Origin: Lama guanicoe
Lineage: Eukaryota
Length of the DNA stretch: 64,000 nt
Assembly (NCBI GenBank): GCA_013239625.1
Contig: MU053994.1
Location: 2,175,589 to 2,239,588 of the forward strand
Direction of reading: 5' to 3'
A program made the translations under genes and the position numbers. Positions 58,909-64,000 of this stretch are shown here, piece after piece (position 1 is the stretch's first letter; each line of letters opens with the position of its first letter). The notes beneath the pieces are model-generated. The model searched no databases, was not told the origin of the DNA, and saw only the letters and a list, made by a program, of their open reading frames with translations.

Positions 58909-58965
58909 AGACTTTAACTTCTGCTATTGGTTGAAATAGTCAGAAGCTTAACCATCAAGGGCAGG

Positions 58966-59364
58966 TGTCCTAGTCAGCTGGGGCCATAACAAAACACAGA
59001 CTGGGTGGCTTAAACAGCAGACATTTGTTTTCTGACAGTTCTGGAGGCTGGAAATCCCAGGTCAAGGTGCTGGCAGAGCTGATGTCTCCTGAGGCCTCTC
59101 TTCCTGGTTTATAGACGGCTGCCTCCTCACTGTGTCCTCGCATGGTCTTTCCTCTGGGTGTGCAGAAAGCTCTCCGCTTCTCTTCCTCTTCTTCTAAGGA
59201 CACCAGTCCTGTAGGATTAGGGCCCCACCCTTATGACTTCTTTAACCTGAATTATCCTCCTAAAGGCCCTATCTCTAAATAGTCACATTGACGGTTAGGG
59301 TTTCAACCTCTAAACTGACTCAAAGGGGGGGTGGGGGGGGCGGTGCACAATTCAGTCCAGAACA
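58966..59364 (-). mobile_element. MLT1A-like MaLR LTR
   Basis: gccataacaaaacacagactgggtggcttaaac...cagttctggaggctggaa...ggattagggccccacccttatgac. Confidence 0.9.
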
Positions 59365-60063
59365 AAGTACTTCAGTAGAGAGTGTGTTTTCAGTCTATAC
59401 TGTAGAAGAGGGGGGTTTACATTTGAAATACACCCGTGAAGGAAGCACACCTCAGGGATGGTTAGTTAGCATTTGAAAAACCTGAGTCAGAAATCCACAC
59501 TCCAAAGACAGCTACCACCCGCACATCAGCTATCTAAATCTGTACTGAGGGTTCACCAATTAGCATTTTTTAACGAATAAGCGAGGTTCAGGACAGGGGG
59601 GATTGGCTAGAAATATTGTACTGGCACCTCTGCTGCTGCCTGAATGGGGTCTGTGAGTCTGATGAGCCCGGGGCGGGGGGTGGGGAACCTGGGGGTGTGG
59701 CACCCCAGGCCACAGGCTTTGTTTACTCCTGTGGCCTGCCACCTAACAGGACATTGTGCCTGTTCTAACCGGAGGGTCAGTTGAATCCTGCCACTTAAAG
59801 ATTGTCACTTGTGTATTCAGCATACCTTTTAGCCAAAGTGCTTGTTGGTGTTGGTGTGCCTGCGGGCAGAGACCCAGCACTTCACTGAGCGACAAGAGCA
59901 GATTGCGTAACCGGTTTTTGCGCCTGCTTGCGATAAATGTCTTCATGTGTGATTTCTGATTCAGTGGGTGGCTGGCTATGATTTTTTTTTTTTAATGATT
60001 CTTAACAGAACATCTGGTAATGAGGTTGTGCGAGGGGACCAATAGCCTTTCATTTGCTCTAGA

Positions 60064-60480
60064 CTGGGGCTCTTAACCTGAGGTTCAGGGATAGAATTCA
60101 CAAAGTCTGTGAATTTGATGGGGGAAAAAATGACATATCCGTTTTCACTAGCCTCTAACTCAAATTTAGCATTTCCTTCAATGATGTACGTAGCAACAAA
60201 TCTCAGTAGTATTAGCAGATATCTGAAAAGATCACATATGCTCATCAACACTCTGAAACGATGGTAGTTATTAGATCTGCCGCGGGATCTGGTTCCTTAA
60301 CAATTTACTGAAGAAAGAGCTATGTCCATCTCTATATCACACATTTGTTTTAATAATTTGATCATGATTTTGACCTCGTTGGTTTCCTTTGTAATCCGAT
60401 GTATTTATTTATGGTTAAGGACCTCTGTTCTGAAGGCTTCTGACGTTCACCAGATAGTCCCATTATACAACATACACTCA
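60064..60480 (+). mobile_element. Charlie4a-like hAT DNA transposon
   Basis: ggggctcttaacctg...ttttcactagcctctaactcaaatttagcatttccttcaat...cagtagtattagcag...ttggtttcctttgtaatcc. Confidence 0.85.
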
Positions 60481-61860
60481 AGGCCAGGCTTGTCATTAAG
60501 ATGGCAGTGATTGGAAGCTCATGTTTCAAATTGTCTCTTGATATTTTCAATTTGGGGCCGACTCGAGCGCAGATCTGATTAGATGGTGGCTGTTGTTGCC
60601 TCACGATGTGGCTGACAAAGAGCTCATACCAGAAGAAACATCTGCTCTGCCTCCATCTTGTTCGGCTGCGCTTGTATTATTGGTATTATTTTTAACACAT
60701 GGCTTCTTTGCAGGAATCTTTTTAAGCCCTATGGCTCATTTGGGAGTTAAGTGAAAACTAGGTCATCTGATCAGTAAATCCACATCGCTAGGCACCTGTA
60801 AGCTGCAATGCGTCACAATATGCTGACAGTGGCGGAGGCAGTGGGGCTCCGGCTCTTCTCCTGAAGCCACGTGGGTGCCACCCGTGACTGAGATTCACGG
60901 GTGTACTTGCCAGGTAAAGGCACGCTCAAGTGGCAATCTGCCCGGCAAACGTAGAGACTAGTCACGTTGATTTTAATCTACAAATAAAAAAGAGCTTCAT
61001 CTTCATTAATATTTACATTATGACTTTCCGTATATGTTTTTATCCTAAAAAAAAAAAAAGAGAAATTAAAGTTGTCAGCGCACCCCAGTGGAGTGTCAAA
61101 CACCACGACTCTGCAGCACTAAGCCGTTGGTATTAGCATTTTTTTGGCAGTCATATGACTCAATAAATTCATGTGGCGTTTACCAAAGCCCCTAAGTCAT
61201 ATTCTTCCATACATTCATTTTGTTCACTGACCCCTTCAGTCAACAAGTACTTATTAAGCGCAGTTCCATGCCAGATTCTGCTAGATGCTCAGATTCAAAG
61301 ATGAATAATCTATATTTTCCACCCTCCCTTGGCCACAGTCCCAGGGGAGATGGGCAGTGTGACCAGTCCTGGGATGTGGGGACAAAGGTACCTAAGCAGG
61401 TGGGTAGGGGGCAGGGGGGCACAGGGACTGGGTGGGGATGCTGCTGGCCTGTGCTGGGCTCAGTCTGGAAGGGACTCCTAATCTGGATAGAGATGTGGTG
61501 GGGGTGGGGAAGATGGGGCAATAGGAGAGGATCTGCCAGACTCCTGGAAGCAGTTCACAATGGGTGTTGGGGCAGTTGTTCATCTTGGCGGGTGGGAACA
61601 TGGGTGAGTGACAGGCAGCAGGGCGGAGCCAAAACCTGGTCCGCGGGGTCTTGTCCTCCTTTTGAGACTTGATTATATCATGGAGTGATGGAATGGATTT
61701 TTTTGTGGGGGGAGCCATAGGCAGAGGACTTGTTTATTTCAGTCCGCTGAGATGTTTTCCCATCCCGATTAATCCCACATGTCATGCCACGAATGTTGCA
61801 GAATGGGACTGATACCTAACGTGAATCACTAAAGGCGGCCCATTCCACTGAAGAGAAATG

Positions 61861-62329
61861 TGTAAGGTCGTTAGCGACCTAGGTTCTGGGATTCTTTAGT
61901 CCACAGAAATTGATAAGAGGCCAGACAAGGAATTCAGGCAAGGTTTTATTGGGATTCGTGCTACAGCACGAGGAACTGAAAACAAGTAACAGATTCCCTT
62001 GCTCACTCCCTGAGGCGGGGCCAACTGGTCCCTTAAATGGGGTGAGGGTAGGGCTGGGTCCGTGGGTTGGGCCAGAGGGGTGGCTTCGGTGGTCTGTCCA
62101 CCCTCTTGGTGGTGCTGTGCGTGGGGATCATGCACTGTATGCTGCTTCTGCTCCTGGCACCTCAGAAGTGGCGGTTGGGTTTTGATCTTTTTTATCTTAT
62201 TGTTCCCAGTTGCCCCGACTGCGCATGCCTGCAGTTATGTTTAGTCCCTTATAGTTTCTTTGTTGCTTCAGGAGAGGTTTGTCAGGTGCAAGCACTGTAG
62301 CAAAGGGTCCCAGGTCCCAGACAGTCTCA
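61861..62329 (-). mobile_element. ERV solo LTR (ERV1-like, family uncertain)
   Basis: Minus strand runs TGAGA...TTACA with TATA-like catttaagg and AATAAA in the expected order; no clean TSD. Confidence 0.7.
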
Positions 62330-62984
62330 AGGTGACAGACACTTACCTGCACTGCAGCTCTGGGGCAGGGCTGGGGAGAGAACACTTGAACCACTTGCTC
62401 TCCATTTTGGTGTCATTTTGCCTTTAAATAAACCACTGAGAGAGATACTACACAAGTGAAAAAAAAATTCCTGGCCATAAAACATATCACACCTTACTCC
62501 GAGGTAATGGCAAAATACCTTCCTATAAAAAATGAAAAAGGAATCTGTGTCACCTAATTATACCCCAGCAAGATCTTGTTCAATGAAACAATGAACATTG
62601 CCAATCACCAGTTTCCCTTCTACACATATAGCGCCTGGACCCAGACAGCTGGAATTTCACACCGGGGAGACGCTGAGATCATCCGATGGTGGAGAGTTTG
62701 AACTTTGATGATTCTTTTTAGTATGATAAAATTGGCCTAGATATTTCTGCCTTCCCCAATATGCATGGGGATGTGGCCGTCAGTGGAGGAAGGCAGAGGC
62801 CGGAGTCAGGGCTTTTCATCTTTGCCTGGAAAATCGGAATTCAGGTCAGGCTATAGTCACTGAGCTGGAGTACCACCTTCTGGCTGCCTCCGATTTAAGA
62901 AGATTGCGGCAGCCCAACTTTTTCTCAAATTCGTAGATTTCTCACTGTGTCCAAACACCTCAAGTCCCTCTTTTTCACTTATCA

Positions 62985-64000
62985 GGAGGCTTCTGAGCAG
63001 CTCCTGTCTAGGCTGGTGGCTCCTTATGCTTCGGGCTCAGCTGTCACCCTGGGGTTGCCTCCCTCATCATGGAAATTCCCTCTGACTCTGTCTTGGGTGG
63101 CATCCCCAGTTCCCTGGATTCCACGTTTTCCCCTTTCTCGATATTTTCCAACATTCTGGTGGACCATCTCTTGTGGCTTCCTGAGATAGGATACGTGGGC
63201 AACAATTTTATGAGACCTTGCCTGTCAGAGTTTTTTCTATGCTCACACTTAACTGATAGTTTGGCTGGATATAGAATTCTAAGTTGGATCATTTTCCCTT
63301 AGACTTTTGCATGACATTTTTCTATTTTCTCACAAATTCCAGAGTTGCTGTTGAGAAGTCCAAAGACAGGAGGATTCTCAATCCTTTGTATATAATATAT
63401 AGTTTCTCTTCAGAAGCTTTAAGGGCTTTTTTCCTCAGTATCCAGAAATTTAAGATGATATATATTTATGTGAGGCTATTTTCATCCAATATATTAGGTA
63501 CTTCTTTGGTCCTTTCAATCTATTAGCTCACATCCTTTCCGTATGGGAAATTTCCTTGAATCATTTCTTTGATGTTTTCTTCTCTGTCTCTCTGTTCTCT
63601 CTTTCTAAAGCTCCTTTTATTTGGACTTCTGGAGGAATCATTTAAAAAATTTCTGCTTCTCATCTTCTTTTCTCTATTTTTGGGAAAATGTTCCCAATTT
63701 TATATTCCAATCCTTCTACTAATTTTTTCATTTCTGCTGTCATATTTTAATTTTCCAATGGCTCAATTTTTATTCTCTAAAAGTTTTTTTTATTCCCTGA
63801 ATACTTCTTTTTAATGCAATTAAAATAATGTCTTTTCTGGGACATTATTGATGGGGGTGTGTGTATGTTCCTGTGTGCGAAATTTACATTTCTCAGTATT
63901 GTTTCCGTTTCCTTCAGCTTGCTTCATCTGTTTGCTTTGACCTTGGTCATTTATGTTAGACGTTTCCCTTAAATGCCTGCTGATCACCAAGTTATGTGGA
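62985..64000 (-). mobile_element. HAL1 / old L1 ORF1 region
   Basis: Minus ORF IQLRILYPAKLSVKCE resembles the L1 ORF1p C-terminal domain, followed by HAL1-like ggaatccaggga...gggaatttccatgatga...ccagggtgacagctg. Confidence 0.7.

Noticed and set aside
1..64000. CRISPR array, operon or other prokaryotic/viral system
   Set aside because: No regularly spaced repeat-spacer array and no gene-dense block; the sequence is uniformly mammalian

Overview
Mammalian genomic DNA, almost certainly camelid (camel/alpaca/llama): it carries two tRNA-Ala-derived Vic-1-type SINEs and young camelid-style L1 pieces. I can support no protein-coding exon. The window has two halves. Bases ~1.4-31.4 kb form a very large, transposon-poor cluster of CpG islands with several candidate non-coding first exons and promoters, mostly on the minus strand, and short AT-rich motif clusters. 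From recall of the human locus layout (not a search), this best fits the distal 5' promoter region and first intron of BCOR on chrX (moderate confidence), with the coding exons lying left of the window. Bases ~31.4-64 kb are intergenic DNA packed with old MaLR/ERVL LTRs, hAT transposons, MIR, L2, L1 and HAL1, with a few candidate enhancers. I did not find a convincing new biological system. The most unusual observations are mechanistic or regulatory: a tail-less internal L1 ORF2 fragment with a 17-bp target-site duplication, a locally templated insertion inside a MER45C-like element, a MIR duplication plus palindrome yielding paired D-boxes, and an apparent excess of perfect octamer sites. Repeat subfamily names come from remembered consensus sequences and their boundaries are approximate.
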